A DNA stretch of 64,000 bases, from NCBI RefSeq assembly GCF_055900595.2, contig NZ_CM148325.1, one strand, 5' to 3'. Below are positions 53,114-63,295 of the stretch, piece by piece (the stretch's first letter is position 1; each line of letters starts with the position of its first letter). The position numbers were made by a program, and so were the translations under genes. The notes below the pieces were generated by a model. That model was not told the DNA's origin, did not search any database, and saw nothing but the letters and a program-made list of their open reading frames with translations.

Positions 53114-55963
53114 TTAATCAATATCGCGCAGGCTGCTGCGGGTTCTGGCGGCATTCTGCCTTTCGCGCTTGTCCAGTTCCTGCGCCACCAGTTTCGCCAG
53201 TTGTTGTTCATTCATGCCGGGAGCAGCGTGGATGTGAATAGTGACAGGCCCGCCGCTGGCTGCCGGTACAGAAAGGGATGCTGGCGCGAGCGGGGCGCGA
53301 TTATCCGGCAGGGCGGCGATAGGGGGCATGGCGACAGCGGCGGCGCTGAGCGTCAGCCCGGCACCGGCGGCGATTAACTGCTTCGAGAGTTGCCCTACGC
53401 TGGCCAGCGCCGTTTGCGTGTTGCCCTCAATCCCGACCGCCAGCCCGTCCACGGTATAGCGGCCCATTTCGGCGAACACCCGCGACGGTGAATGAATACC
53501 GAGCTTGTCCTTAAACCAGTTGGAAATATTGCTGCCCAGATCCAGCACGCCCTGTTTAATCGCTTCCCATTTGGCAAAGATCCCCTGTTTCAGCCCTTCC
53601 ATGATATTGCCGCCGATCTCGGTAAAGCGGGTGGACAGGTTACTGAAACTGTTCAGAACGTTATCCCAGACTGTGGTAAACACCGTGGACAGGTTCCAGT
53701 TGGTGAAAAAAGCATTGATGGCATTCAGGGCAGTGCTGACGGTGGTTTTAATTCCCTCCCAGATACCGGTGGCGGTAGTGGTAATGCCCGTCCAGATTTG
53801 CCCCAGAAATGCCACCACGCTGTTCCACGCCTCAGCGGTACTGGCTTTGATAGTATCCCAGTGCTGGTAAATCAGGCCGGGAAGCGTCCAGTTCAGCAGG
53901 ATATTCACCAGCCCGTTCCAGCAGCCGGAGAGAAACGTTTTAATCCCTTCCCAGACGGCGCTGGTTGTGGCTTTTACACTGTTCCACGCATCGCTGCATA
54001 CCTGCTTAAAACTATTCCAGAGCGCGGCGAACTTCGGCCCCAGCCAGTCCCAGTTACTCCAGATCCAGATGGCGGCACCGGCGATCAGCGCAATCACCGC
54101 CAGAATCGGGTTAGCCATCATTGCGCGGCCCAGCCAAATTACCGCTTTTCCCGCGCCTTTAAAGGCATTCGCCAGCAGCCCCAGCGCGCTGCCGCCCTTA
54201 ATACCGAGCACCGACAGGCTGAGTTTTAGCGCCGCCATCGGGCCGAGGATACCGGCCAGCGTCAGGGATATGCCTCCGAGCGCCACGGCGAACGCGCCGA
54301 TCGCCATGCCGATTTTCACCAGCGTGGCGGTTAATTGTGGGTTGGCCTTCATCCATGCGCCGATGGACTGTAAAACGCCGGTTATGCGTTGGGTAATACT
54401 GCGCAACGGGCTGTCAACTGATTCGAACATCTCAATACCGAGATCTTCCCACGCCGAGTCAAGATTCTGGAGATCACCCTTCATATTATCGGCCATCGTT
54501 TTGGCAACTTTGCCAGCGGTACCGAGGGAGGCTTTCACCTGTTCGGCATAGGCTTCAATACGCTGCGACGGATCGAGTGACGCCTGTTTGTCGAGCAGTT
54601 CCATCATCGCGGAAGAGGCTTCCACACCGAAAATATCCTTGATGTAGGACATTTTCTTCACGTTGCCGACGCCGCCGATCCCTTGCTTCTCAAACGCGGC
54701 GGAGATTTCTGCCAGTAGCTGCGGCATCTCTTTCATTTTTCCGGTGCTGTCCGCCACCGAGACTTTCAGGTCTTCCAGCGCGGCGGCGGCTTTTTTCGGC
54801 TGTGATGCCAGCCGCAACAGCGCCATACGTAAGGATGTACCTGCCTGCGCTCCCTGAATCCCCACGTTACCCAGCATCCCGACCATCGCTGACATGGTTT
54901 CAAAGTCCTGCCCCGCAGCCTGTGCAGCCGGGCCGACGTATTTCATGGTTTCACCCAGCATCTGCAGGTCGGTATTAGACGTAGTGAACGTGAAGGTGAG
55001 CGCGTCAGCCATGCGTTGCATCTGGTCTGCCGGGATTTTATAGGCGCTCTGAATATTGGAGGCGATATCGGAAACCTGAGCAAGCTGCGTGTCCATCCCC
55101 GCCGCTTTCGCCAGATCCAACATGTGCGGCATCGCCTTTTCGATTTTATCTGGCGTGTAGCCCGCCATTGCCAGAAAACCCTGCCCCTGCGCCACATCGT
55201 TGGCGGTAAAGCTGGTTGATGCGCCTAAATCTCGCGATTGCGTTCGCAGCCGTTTCAGTTCATCAGAGTTTTTATCGGTGCGTGTTAACGCCTGTACGCG
55301 CGACATGCCCACGTCGAAATCGTAGCCGGGCATCATTACCCGCGCGCTGCCGTAAAGCATACCCACGCCGGTGGCCGTCGTGGTTGCGCCGAATCCGGCC
55401 AGTTTGTTGCGGGCGTCCATTGCTCCTGCGTAGCTATTTTTTGCTGCGTTCATCCGCTGCTGCTGCCGGTTTAGCCGTTCCAGTCGCCTGCGCTGTTCCT
55501 CCATGCTACGGTTAGCACTCTCCAGTCGTTGCCGTAGTTCACTCTGGCGCTGGCTGAGATTACGGGTATCGATACCAGCGTTGCGCAGTACGGTGCGGCT
55601 ATGCTGCTGGGCCTGAGTAAGCTGACCATGCCGTTCTTTAAGTCGCCGCGCCTCCTGCTGAGCACGTTCAAACTCCCGACGCATCGCAGCCGTGGGCGCA
55701 GTGCTGCTTTGCATTGCCGTGGCCAGCGCCCGGACGCGATCCTGCGCGCTTTTAAGCTGATTGCCGGTGACGGCGACATCGCGCGCCAGCTTGCGGTAGC
55801 CATCGATTTGTCCGGCCTGTTTGTTCAGGTCTTTGACCTGCTGCTGCGCCGCTTTCAGTGCTCTGGCGGTGTCGCTGCTGCTTTGCGTGACGGCTTTTAG
55901 CGGACGGGTGATTTTATCTACGGCGCTGAGTAGTACCTGTAAACGAAGGTTTTGTGTGCTCAT
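53114..55963 (-). CDS. tail tape measure protein (gpT-like)
   Basis: 949-aa ORF with coiled-coil N-terminus and Ala/Gly-rich hydrophobic middle; located between E/E' and U. Confidence 0.85.
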   Translation of the reverse strand: MSTQNLRLQVLLSAVDKITRPLKAVTQSSSDTARALKAAQQQVKDLNKQAGQIDGYRKLARDVAVTGNQLKSAQDRVRALATAMQSSTAPTAAMRREFERAQQEARRLKERHGQLTQAQQHSRTVLRNAGIDTRNLSQRQSELRQRLESANRSMEEQRRRLERLNRQQQRMNAAKNSYAGAMDARNKLAGFGATTTATGVGMLYGSARVMMPGYDFDVGMSRVQALTRTDKNSDELKRLRTQSRDLGASTSFTANDVAQGQGFLAMAGYTPDKIEKAMPHMLDLAKAAGMDTQLAQVSDIASNIQSAYKIPADQMQRMADALTFTFTTSNTDLQMLGETMKYVGPAAQAAGQDFETMSAMVGMLGNVGIQGAQAGTSLRMALLRLASQPKKAAAALEDLKVSVADSTGKMKEMPQLLAEISAAFEKQGIGGVGNVKKMSYIKDIFGVEASSAMMELLDKQASLDPSQRIEAYAEQVKASLGTAGKVAKTMADNMKGDLQNLDSAWEDLGIEMFESVDSPLRSITQRITGVLQSIGAWMKANPQLTATLVKIGMAIGAFAVALGGISLTLAGILGPMAALKLSLSVLGIKGGSALGLLANAFKGAGKAVIWLGRAMMANPILAVIALIAGAAIWIWSNWDWLGPKFAALWNSFKQVCSDAWNSVKATTSAVWEGIKTFLSGCWNGLVNILLNWTLPGLIYQHWDTIKASTAEAWNSVVAFLGQIWTGITTTATGIWEGIKTTVSTALNAINAFFTNWNLSTVFTTVWDNVLNSFSNLSTRFTEIGGNIMEGLKQGIFAKWEAIKQGVLDLGSNISNWFKDKLGIHSPSRVFAEMGRYTVDGLAVGIEGNTQTALASVGQLSKQLIAAGAGLTLSAAAVAMPPIAALPDNRAPLAPASLSVPAASGGPVTIHIHAAPGMNEQQLAKLVAQELDKRERQNAARTRSSLRDID

Positions 55964-56084
55964 GATTCAACACCGCTGCGCTGGCGGGCCTGCTCCCGCC
56001 AGTAAAGGGTTTCGCCAAGGGTTAATGCGTCCATCGCGGATAGTGGCCAATGGAAGATGACGGCTATGTCGCCTTGAGCCTCCT

Positions 56085-56381
56085 CTATGCGTCCGGGGTA
56101 TCCGTTGCTTCCGGCGAGGTCTGCGGCAAAAAACCGACAAGCGCCGTACCGAAAGCCGTCAGGTCGATAAAATCCAGTTGCGCCACCTCATGCTTATTCA
56201 GCGGCGGTGCGGTGATGCGCGGTAGAACGCTGGTGAGTGCATCTACGTTAAGGCTTAACAGCTCCACCAGACTGACACCGCGCAGGTCGCCGCCCAGTGG
56301 TTTACGGATCTGGAACTCGACAAATTCGGTTTCGCCGCGTTTCAGGGGAGTATTCAGGGTAACGGTTTTACGTTCGCTCAT
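56085..56381 (-). CDS. P2 gpE-like tail assembly chaperone
   Basis: 98-aa ORF between FII and T with slippery site near its 3' end. Confidence 0.8.
   Translation of the reverse strand: MSERKTVTLNTPLKRGETEFVEFQIRKPLGGDLRGVSLVELLSLNVDALTSVLPRITAPPLNKHEVAQLDFIDLTAFGTALVGFLPQTSPEATDTPDA
56106..56112 (-). other. candidate -1 programmed frameshift slippery site (TTTTTTG) for E+E' synthesis
   Basis: Minus-strand heptamer T-TTT-TTG nine codons before the gpE stop; the -1 frame stays open across the 121-bp gap toward T, as in P2 E/E+E'. Confidence 0.6.
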
Positions 56382-56390
56382 GGTTCATCC

Positions 56391-56906
56391 TTACAGGCCA
56401 ATGGCGCGACGTGCGCCAGCCAGACGGTCTTTGCCGTCGATATTTTCAATAAAGTTCACGGTGTCGATTTCGACGATGGTTTCACCGTTGACGCTCTCTT
56501 TGTAATAGGTACAAAGGGTGCTGATTTTGGTCGCGGAGTTCTCGCCCTGCTTGTATTCGCCGCGATCCAGCTCTTTGTGGCGACCACGCACCACGATTTC
56601 CACCGCGTCGTACTCTTCGCTGTCTTCACGCTGGATAGCGCCGGAGAATCGCAGCATCACGCCGCTGATCTTCGTCCAGCCGATCTGCCGCAGCGCCAGC
56701 AGCTCATAGCCGCCGATTGACCATTCCACGCTGAGCGCCTCGTCATCCAGTCCCAGATCGACATGCGCCGCGCCGTTCATGCCGCCGCCGCGATAGGCTT
56801 CCAGCTTGCGCGTCAGCTTTGCCGGGGTGAAGGACTCCACCTGTGCCAGATAGATATCGCCCTCGTTAAACAGGTTGAGGTATTTCAGTTTGCTGGGTAG
56901 TGCCAT
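56391..56906 (-). CDS. tail tube protein (gpFII-like)
   Basis: 171-aa ORF MALPSKLKYLNLFNEG.. with typical FII C-terminus (..IDTVNFIENIDGKDRL..). Confidence 0.88.
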   Translation of the reverse strand: MALPSKLKYLNLFNEGDIYLAQVESFTPAKLTRKLEAYRGGGMNGAAHVDLGLDDEALSVEWSIGGYELLALRQIGWTKISGVMLRFSGAIQREDSEEYDAVEIVVRGRHKELDRGEYKQGENSATKISTLCTYYKESVNGETIVEIDTVNFIENIDGKDRLAGARRAIGL

Positions 56907-56920
56907 GGTGCGTTCTCCTG

Positions 56921-58099
56921 TTACACAGTGGTGGCGATGGATTCAGCCAGATTGACCAGATAGCGGTCAGTGATGCGCTGGCGGAACATCAGGTTTTCCA
57001 GCGGCGGCACCGGGGTGTAGTCGTAGTCGATATACGCTTTACCCGCTTTCAGGATGTCCGGCGTGTTGGCGGCGGGATCGAACCATGCGGAGCCGTCGAC
57101 GATGTAGCCGTTGCCTTTCAGTTCGCGGAATTTGGCGTTCACGCCTTCGATAATGTCGCGGAACAGAGAAGCGTGTTGCGGTTTATCTATCGCCCAGAAG
57201 TGGGCGTCGGCGATGGTATCCGCCAGCACCTGCGCGGTGCGGGTGTAGTTCTCAAAGGCAAACAGCGGATCGGTGCTGCAGGTGCGCGATCCCCAGAAGC
57301 GATAGCCGGCGTTGCAAATCAGCGTGGTGACGTCGTGGCTGTTGAGGTAATCCGAATCGGTGGCGGTGGACTGCAGATCCCAGAATACGCTGCGGGAAAT
57401 GCCGGTCACGCCGTTGACGTCAACGTTGGACAGCGTTTTATGCCAGCCGGTTTCTTCATCAATTTTTGCACGCAGGCCCACGGCGCGGGCGGTGGCGTAT
57501 AGGGTACGTTCGGCGGCAGCCTGTGTATCAAAGCCGACAAAATCCGGCCAGATAATCATCGCCTCTCGCGCACCTAGCTGATCGCGATACAGCACCGCCT
57601 CTTCTTTGGTCTGCGCGCCGAACGCCGACAGATAGCTGAAGGCGCGAAGCTGTTGTGAAATGCTGACCAGTTCGGTGGCGATGGGCAGAGAATCCAGCCC
57701 TGGTACCGCCAGAATGCGCGGTTTTATTTTCAGTTTGGTTTGCGAGTCCAGTAGCGCCTTCATGCCGGTGTATTTCCCGGCTGGCGTGCTGCCGCCGATG
57801 ATATTGGCGGTGGTTTCGGCGGCGGAGTCACCTTCGGCTACGCGCACGGCGACCACCACCGGCTGCGTCTGGTCGGCGATGGCATCCAGAGAGTGTGCCA
57901 GCGTACCGCTATCACCGGCTTTACCCAGCGCAGATCGCACGTCGGTTAACAGTACTGGGGTATCAAGGGGAAAGGTTTTTTCATCGGCATCTGAACCGGT
58001 ACAGACAATGCCGATCACGGCAGTGGAAATGGTACGGATCGGGCGCACGCCTTCATTGATTTCAATAACGCGCGCGCCGTGGTGGTAGTCGGTTGCCAT
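56921..58099 (-). CDS. tail sheath protein (gpFI-like)
   Basis: ORF 56921..58186; probable start MATDYHHGARVIEINEG at 58099; C-terminal ..IDYDYTPVPPLENL.. sheath signature. Confidence 0.88.
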   Translation of the reverse strand: MATDYHHGARVIEINEGVRPIRTISTAVIGIVCTGSDADEKTFPLDTPVLLTDVRSALGKAGDSGTLAHSLDAIADQTQPVVVAVRVAEGDSAAETTANIIGGSTPAGKYTGMKALLDSQTKLKIKPRILAVPGLDSLPIATELVSISQQLRAFSYLSAFGAQTKEEAVLYRDQLGAREAMIIWPDFVGFDTQAAAERTLYATARAVGLRAKIDEETGWHKTLSNVDVNGVTGISRSVFWDLQSTATDSDYLNSHDVTTLICNAGYRFWGSRTCSTDPLFAFENYTRTAQVLADTIADAHFWAIDKPQHASLFRDIIEGVNAKFRELKGNGYIVDGSAWFDPAANTPDILKAGKAYIDYDYTPVPPLENLMFRQRITDRYLVNLAESIATTV

Positions 58100-58204
58100 G
58101 AGGCGAGCCTCCATCAGGTCAATAAATGACGATGGTGGCACAGAGCGAAAAGGGCGGTGACGGCTTCCACTTGTAACCACTGGCACTACAAGCAGAAGCG
58201 GTTT

Positions 58205-58963
58205 TTAATTCAGGATAATCAGTTCTGATGTGGTGCTGGCTGGCTTTCCACCTACGGTATAGCGAATCCCTACCGTTGAGAATGTCAGGCCGTGGAAGAT
58301 ATCGCGCATTTCCGGGATGTCGTTAACCGAGATAATCATCCGGCCCTGCATGGTGCGCGCCAGCTCTGCCATACGCTGGTACTGCTCAAGGCCAAATGGT
58401 ACGCCGTAGCCTTCGGTTTTCCAGTATGGTGGGTCGCAGTAGAACAGGGTATGCGGGCGGTCATAGCGGCGAATACAGTCGGCCCAGTCCAGATTTTCAA
58501 TGCAGACGCGCGCCAGCCGCAGATGGGCGGCGGATAAATCCTCTTCCATACGCAGCAGGTTCAGGCGCGGCGGTGAGGTGGTGGCGGTACCGAACGTGCG
58601 ACTTTCCACTTTGCCGCCGAATGCCAGCTTTTGCAGATAGTAGAAGCGCGCCGCGCGCTGGATATCGGTCAGCGTTTCTTCCGGGGTGATCTGGAGCCAG
58701 CGGTACATTTCGCGGCTGACCAGCGACCATTTAAACTGGCGGACAAACTCTTCTAAATGGTGCTGAAGTACGCGGTAGAGGTTGGTAACGTCACCGTTGA
58801 TATCGTTCAGCACCTCGGCCTGTGCGGGCTGTTTCATAAAGAACAACGCTGCCGCCCCGCAGAACGGTTCAACGTAGCAGCGGTGTTTGGGAAACAGTGG
58901 CAGAATGTGTTTTGCCAGCCTGCGCTTACCGCCGATCCACGGAATAACGGGTAACGTATTCAA
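58205..58963 (-). CDS. Dam-family DNA N6-adenine methyltransferase (paralog 2), moron between G and FI
   Basis: 252-aa ORF with IGGK..RCYVEPFCGAAA and DPPY motifs; start overlaps upstream stop (ATGA). Confidence 0.8.
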   Translation of the reverse strand: MNTLPVIPWIGGKRRLAKHILPLFPKHRCYVEPFCGAAALFFMKQPAQAEVLNDINGDVTNLYRVLQHHLEEFVRQFKWSLVSREMYRWLQITPEETLTDIQRAARFYYLQKLAFGGKVESRTFGTATTSPPRLNLLRMEEDLSAAHLRLARVCIENLDWADCIRRYDRPHTLFYCDPPYWKTEGYGVPFGLEQYQRMAELARTMQGRMIISVNDIPEMRDIFHGLTFSTVGIRYTVGGKPASTTSELIILN

Positions 58964-59418
58964 ATTGTCAATTTTCCAGACCGACTGCTGACCAACGCAT
59001 ACAGCAGATTAGGAGACCAGCGCCAACTATCGCGCAGGTGCAGAAATTCGGCGCAGAACTCGCTGCAAAACAGGCGTTCCTGTTTACCCTGACTGAGTAA
59101 CACAAAACCCATGGCGCCCAGCCAGTCGTAACCTTTATCGTCGTGCTGACGAAAAAAGGTTTCCAGTGCCAGCGGATCGGCGTTGATCGGGAGTAAATCC
59201 CATTTCTCAATCGGCAGCGGCATTCGTTTGCTGCGCACGCCTTTATCCCGTACCGATGATGAGTAACAGATAAACAGGCCATCCGGCAGGCGTTCGACCA
59301 GTTCGCAGTGAGAGTAAGGGCCGCGCGTGACCTGTCGCGTCAACCAGTCGGAGAGCCGGGCAAGGCTGAAAAAGCGTTCAGCCCGGCCACGGTAGAACGC
59401 CATGTAAACCTGACTCAT
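58960..59418 (-). CDS. hypothetical protein (moron gene at Z/fun position)
   Basis: ORF 58960..59427; start likely MSQVYMAF at 59418 giving an ATGA overlap with the G stop; Cys/His-containing, no recognised domain. Confidence 0.55.
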   Translation of the reverse strand: MSQVYMAFYRGRAERFFSLARLSDWLTRQVTRGPYSHCELVERLPDGLFICYSSSVRDKGVRSKRMPLPIEKWDLLPINADPLALETFFRQHDDKGYDWLGAMGFVLLSQGKQERLFCSEFCAEFLHLRDSWRWSPNLLYALVSSRSGKLTI

Positions 59419-60122
59419 GGTTGCCATCCTGATGAGTAGTCGTAACCCATAACCGCCTGCACCTCCGTCAACGCTTCAACGGCGGCAATATGCTGCTGGG
59501 CAGCGGCGAACAGGCGCATATCGTGCGCCATTGTTTCGGTTTCAAACCGGGCGGCGATCTCGTTGGTTAGTTCAATCAGGTTGTGATTTTTGGTCTGCCA
59601 CATTAAGCCTGCCGGTATTTGTTTAGCCACGCCCATTTTGGTGAGCGAGAGCTGCTGGATGCGGCTGTTAGCGTCGCTGTGGAAATGGTGATTATCGATG
59701 ATGATGTAGTCAGCGGTGATTCGATCGCGATACTGCTTTATTTCTGCCACCTTTGCCTGTCGGGCTTTTTCGATATCGGGCTGCCAGCGTTTGCCGTCCC
59801 AACGGACAAAGGCGTTATCGGGCTTCAGCAGAGTGACGTTATCCGGCAATGGCCCCAGATGATGAAGCTGTACCTCACTGCCCGCATCGGTATCAAACGC
59901 GGTTTTACCGCGATGATCTTCTACCGCAAGCCATGTTTCTCCGTTGAATGTCAGGGCAAAGCCGCTCTGGCATTCGGGCGGTTCGATAGTGGTACAGCAT
60001 TCCGGTAAGCCGGTGTTGGGGGCGATATAGGCGTCGCTGACGCCGATAAATTCCTGAGTATCTGCCGCGTAGTTAAAGATGCGCAGGGTTTGCGGTTCGT
60101 CGGAAAATGCGAATGTGCTCAT
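59415..60122 (-). CDS. tail fiber assembly protein (gpG-like)
   Basis: 235-aa ORF immediately downstream of tail fiber H with ATGA overlap. Confidence 0.75.
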   Translation of the reverse strand: MSTFAFSDEPQTLRIFNYAADTQEFIGVSDAYIAPNTGLPECCTTIEPPECQSGFALTFNGETWLAVEDHRGKTAFDTDAGSEVQLHHLGPLPDNVTLLKPDNAFVRWDGKRWQPDIEKARQAKVAEIKQYRDRITADYIIIDNHHFHSDANSRIQQLSLTKMGVAKQIPAGLMWQTKNHNLIELTNEIAARFETETMAHDMRLFAAAQQHIAAVEALTEVQAVMGYDYSSGWQP

Positions 60123-61780
60123 GCCAGCCTCACGATATAGTTGAAAGCGATATTTTTAACGGTGTTTTCGGTGTTCCCGGCGGCATTCACCGTAATAGTG
60201 TGGCTGTGGGAACCCAAGGCGATAGCGTGGTTATGCGCGCCGATAGTCAGCGAATGGGTATGAGCGCCGATGGCTACTGTGTGAGTATGGACACCGTCTG
60301 TACTGGTTCTGAATTTGTAGTTATCCCAGTCTGTGTCTGCAGACCCCTGATTATTACGGGTACTGTCGAAGTAACCGTGACGTCCACCGCTGGCTTCACC
60401 CCATCCGCTGTCGTGGTTGTGAGCACCGGCTGACGCTGTTGATTTTGTCCCGTAGTCAAACGCGCTGGTATTTTTAGTACCCAAATCGGTGGAACTGGCA
60501 GTTTTAGTGCCTAAATCTGTGTTAGTGGCGCTGGCTGTGTGACTATGAGATTTAACGCCATCCTGTTCCTGAGACAGTATCGAGCGTCCGCTGGCGGGTT
60601 TCCCCTTGATTGTCCAGCCGCGCATATCCGGGATTACCCCAGAGGGGTAAGCGATTGCCAGTTTAGGGTAGGCGGTTTTATTGAAGGACTGACCGACCAT
60701 CAGGGCGTAGCCGCTGGGGATTGCATCGGATGACCACGGTATCGGCGTGCCGACCGGACAGGTTTCCGCCGCCAGCGCTTTGTCTACTGCCGCTTTCACC
60801 GCCTTGGGCGTGGCGGCCAGTGTTTCGCTGGTGCTGTCGATGGCGCTACTAAGCTGGACAATCCCTTTACGCGCCGTGGTGGCATCCTGCGCGGTATATT
60901 TGCCATTAGCCATATCGTAGGCCGCTTTCACCGCCTTGGGCGTGGCGGCCAGTGTTTCGCTGGTGCTGTCGATGGCGCTACTAAGCTGGACAATCCCTTT
61001 ACGCGCCGTGGTGGCATCCTGAGCGGTATATTTGCCATTAGCCATATCGTAGGCCGCTTTCACCGCCTTGGGCGTGGCGGCCAGCGTTTCGCTGATACTG
61101 TCGATGGAGCTACTAAGCTGGACAATCCCTTTACGTGAGGTGGTGGCATCCAGTGCGGTATATTTTCCATTAGCCAGATCGTAGGCTGCTTTCACTGCTT
61201 TGGGCGTGGCGGCCAGTGTTTCGCTGATGCTGTTGGTCGCACTGCTTAATTGAGTAAAACCTTTGGCAGTTAACGTGGCGTCAGGATGGTTACGGGACTG
61301 CACGTGGCACGTCAGGCTTTCATCCACATACTGTCTTGTTGCCAGCACCACGGCAGGGTCGATTTTCAGCTCCACGTTTTCCGTATGGGAGACAATCAGC
61401 ACCATGCGGATAATCTGCGTGCGGCCCGAACCTTCGATTAACTGCGGCTTGTAGGTTGGCGGGCAGTTGCCGACGGCAATCAGCCGGTCGTGCTCGTCGT
61501 ACAGGCCAATTTCTCTGATCCACCATCCGCCTACATCCTCCGGTAGTACCTGTTCGGCAATAATCTGGTTGGGGTTGTTAGGGTCAATACTGAGCGTATT
61601 CAGCGGCGCACGTCGGCGTTCGTTGATTAACCGGGTTTGGCCAGTCTCCGGTGTTGGCAGGTTACCGTTTCCGTCGCCCACGGCCATTTGCGTCAGATGA
61701 AGAGGTGAACCCTGTGCGGTGGCGGTCGCCAGCGCGGATTCGCCGGTAGTGGTTAATAGCGTGAAATAGGTAGCGCTCAT
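60119..61780 (-). CDS. tail fiber protein (gpH-like)
   Basis: 553-aa ORF; conserved P2 H-type N-terminus (..[24 protein letters not shown]..) and repetitive, variable C-terminal half. Confidence 0.88.
   Translation of the reverse strand: MSATYFTLLTTTGESALATATAQGSPLHLTQMAVGDGNGNLPTPETGQTRLINERRRAPLNTLSIDPNNPNQIIAEQVLPEDVGGWWIREIGLYDEHDRLIAVGNCPPTYKPQLIEGSGRTQIIRMVLIVSHTENVELKIDPAVVLATRQYVDESLTCHVQSRNHPDATLTAKGFTQLSSATNSISETLAATPKAVKAAYDLANGKYTALDATTSRKGIVQLSSSIDSISETLAATPKAVKAAYDMANGKYTAQDATTARKGIVQLSSAIDSTSETLAATPKAVKAAYDMANGKYTAQDATTARKGIVQLSSAIDSTSETLAATPKAVKAAVDKALAAETCPVGTPIPWSSDAIPSGYALMVGQSFNKTAYPKLAIAYPSGVIPDMRGWTIKGKPASGRSILSQEQDGVKSHSHTASATNTDLGTKTASSTDLGTKNTSAFDYGTKSTASAGAHNHDSGWGEASGGRHGYFDSTRNNQGSADTDWDNYKFRTSTDGVHTHTVAIGAHTHSLTIGAHNHAIALGSHSHTITVNAAGNTENTVKNIAFNYIVRLA
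60790..61250 (-). repeat. about 3.5 tandem copies of a 132-bp (44-aa) coding repeat within tail fiber gene H
   Basis: Near-identical units begin at 60790, 60922 and 61054 with a diverged partial unit from 61186; encode ..[44 protein letters not shown].. Confidence 0.85.
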
Positions 61781-62391
61781 GGGGCGATCCTTAGCGTATC
61801 AATCAGATGCAGCGCAGCCCCGCGGTAGTTACGGCCCACGCTGTATACATGTTCGGGAATAAAGGGATAAACGGTGAGCGTATCGCCGGTATAGTTCGTC
61901 GCGCTGAACCAGACGTATCCGTTGCTCTGCAGGCTGATCGCCAGTCCGATTAAGTGGCGTGAACAGGGTTTGGCATCATCGATCAGGCGCTCCAGCTCCA
62001 CATACATCTGCTCGGTGATGCCCTGTTCGCGCACGCCGACCTCCAGTGCGAAGGTGCCGGGAATACCTTCCGGGCGCAGTTGCCACCATTCGGTTACCCG
62101 GATAAGGAAACCGAGCGGTTCCACCGCACGTTGCAGTGCGCCGATGGTGCCTTTGTGCTGATGGATGTAGAAAGAGGCGGCAATCACCTGCCGCTTGGTA
62201 TCGACTGGCCAGTTTTCATCCCAGCGGTCAACGGAAAACGCCCATGCCAGATAAGGCAACAGCGCGGCGGGGCAGCTACCCGGTTGCCACAAGCTACGCA
62301 GCGGGACTGGCACTTGTTCAGTCAGGCTGCCGGTTTGTGCCAGATTCTGCTCCAGCGGGCTGGCATTGTTGGGGAGCAGGGAGCTATTCAT
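61777..62391 (-). CDS. baseplate protein (gpI-like)
   Basis: ORF 61777..62460; probable start [14 protein letters not shown] at 62391 just after the J stop. Confidence 0.8.
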   Translation of the reverse strand: MNSSLLPNNASPLEQNLAQTGSLTEQVPVPLRSLWQPGSCPAALLPYLAWAFSVDRWDENWPVDTKRQVIAASFYIHQHKGTIGALQRAVEPLGFLIRVTEWWQLRPEGIPGTFALEVGVREQGITEQMYVELERLIDDAKPCSRHLIGLAISLQSNGYVWFSATNYTGDTLTVYPFIPEHVYSVGRNYRGAALHLIDTLRIAP

Positions 62392-63295
62392 CGCTTCCCC
62401 CGATGGCAATTTTCCATCCGGTGCAGTAGCTGGCCTGCGTTTTGTTGATAATGACATCAACGGCAGGGGAGAGCAGTTCTACGCGCTGAACACCGGTGAC
62501 ATGCAGTGCGGCGTAAATCGCGCTGCGGCGAATATCACGCCCGATCCGATGCTGGTCATTAACGTAGCTTTTTAGCCGCTGCTCGGCGGCCTGCCGAATG
62601 GGTTCCTGCTCCGGGCCAGGATAGCAATAAAGTACGGCATCAATCTGATATGGGATCACTTCGGCGGACTGAATGGTTGGGCGATCACCTACCGGACGAA
62701 TATCAATATCGTTCAGGGCGGAATCGACTATCGCCAGCAGTTCTGCGCTGGCCAGCCCGTTGCCTTCGCGGGAGAGTACCGACACGGTGACGTAACAAGG
62801 ATAGGGGCTGATAGCGGAGACGTCTGCGATACGCCCGTCTGCGCTGCGGGCGTGATATTCGTAGGCGGCGGTCGGGCCTGCGACGGACAGACCTTCAAAC
62901 GCCTGCTGTGCGCGCATTCGTAAATCGCTGTCGGATTCATAAACCGGATCAACGGGCGGTATCGCCGTACTGTCTCCGGGCGAAATTTGCAGGCGAAAAA
63001 CCTTAAAGTTAGCGACCAGATTATCCAGATCGCGCCCGGCGGCATGGGCCAGCATATTAGCAACGGCGGCTTCATTGATGCGTACCCGCAGCGCCATCTC
63101 TAAGTAAGTATTTTCCTGCAACAGCTTGACGAAGGGTTCTGATTCATAGCCCAGTGTGCGGGTAACTTCTGCTTGCTGTTCGGCAGGATACAGGCTGATA
63201 AAGCGCTGCTTGCGGGCGGTTAGCAGGGTTTCAAAATCGACTGTTTCCACCACATCGGGGATCGGTAATTGGCTTAAATCGGTCAGTGCGCTCAT
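62384..63295 (-). CDS. baseplate protein (gpJ-like)
   Basis: ORF 62384..63331; start likely MSALTDLSQLP at 63295 forming an ATGA overlap with the W stop. Confidence 0.85.
   Translation of the reverse strand: MSALTDLSQLPIPDVVETVDFETLLTARKQRFISLYPAEQQAEVTRTLGYESEPFVKLLQENTYLEMALRVRINEAAVANMLAHAAGRDLDNLVANFKVFRLQISPGDSTAIPPVDPVYESDSDLRMRAQQAFEGLSVAGPTAAYEYHARSADGRIADVSAISPYPCYVTVSVLSREGNGLASAELLAIVDSALNDIDIRPVGDRPTIQSAEVIPYQIDAVLYCYPGPEQEPIRQAAEQRLKSYVNDQHRIGRDIRRSAIYAALHVTGVQRVELLSPAVDVIINKTQASYCTGWKIAIGGSDE

Noticed and set aside
53492-54229. 245-aa and neighbouring plus-strand ORFs inside the tape measure gene
   Set aside because: Antisense to the 949-aa tape measure frame; Gly/Pro/Arg-rich low-complexity translation typical of spurious ORFs.
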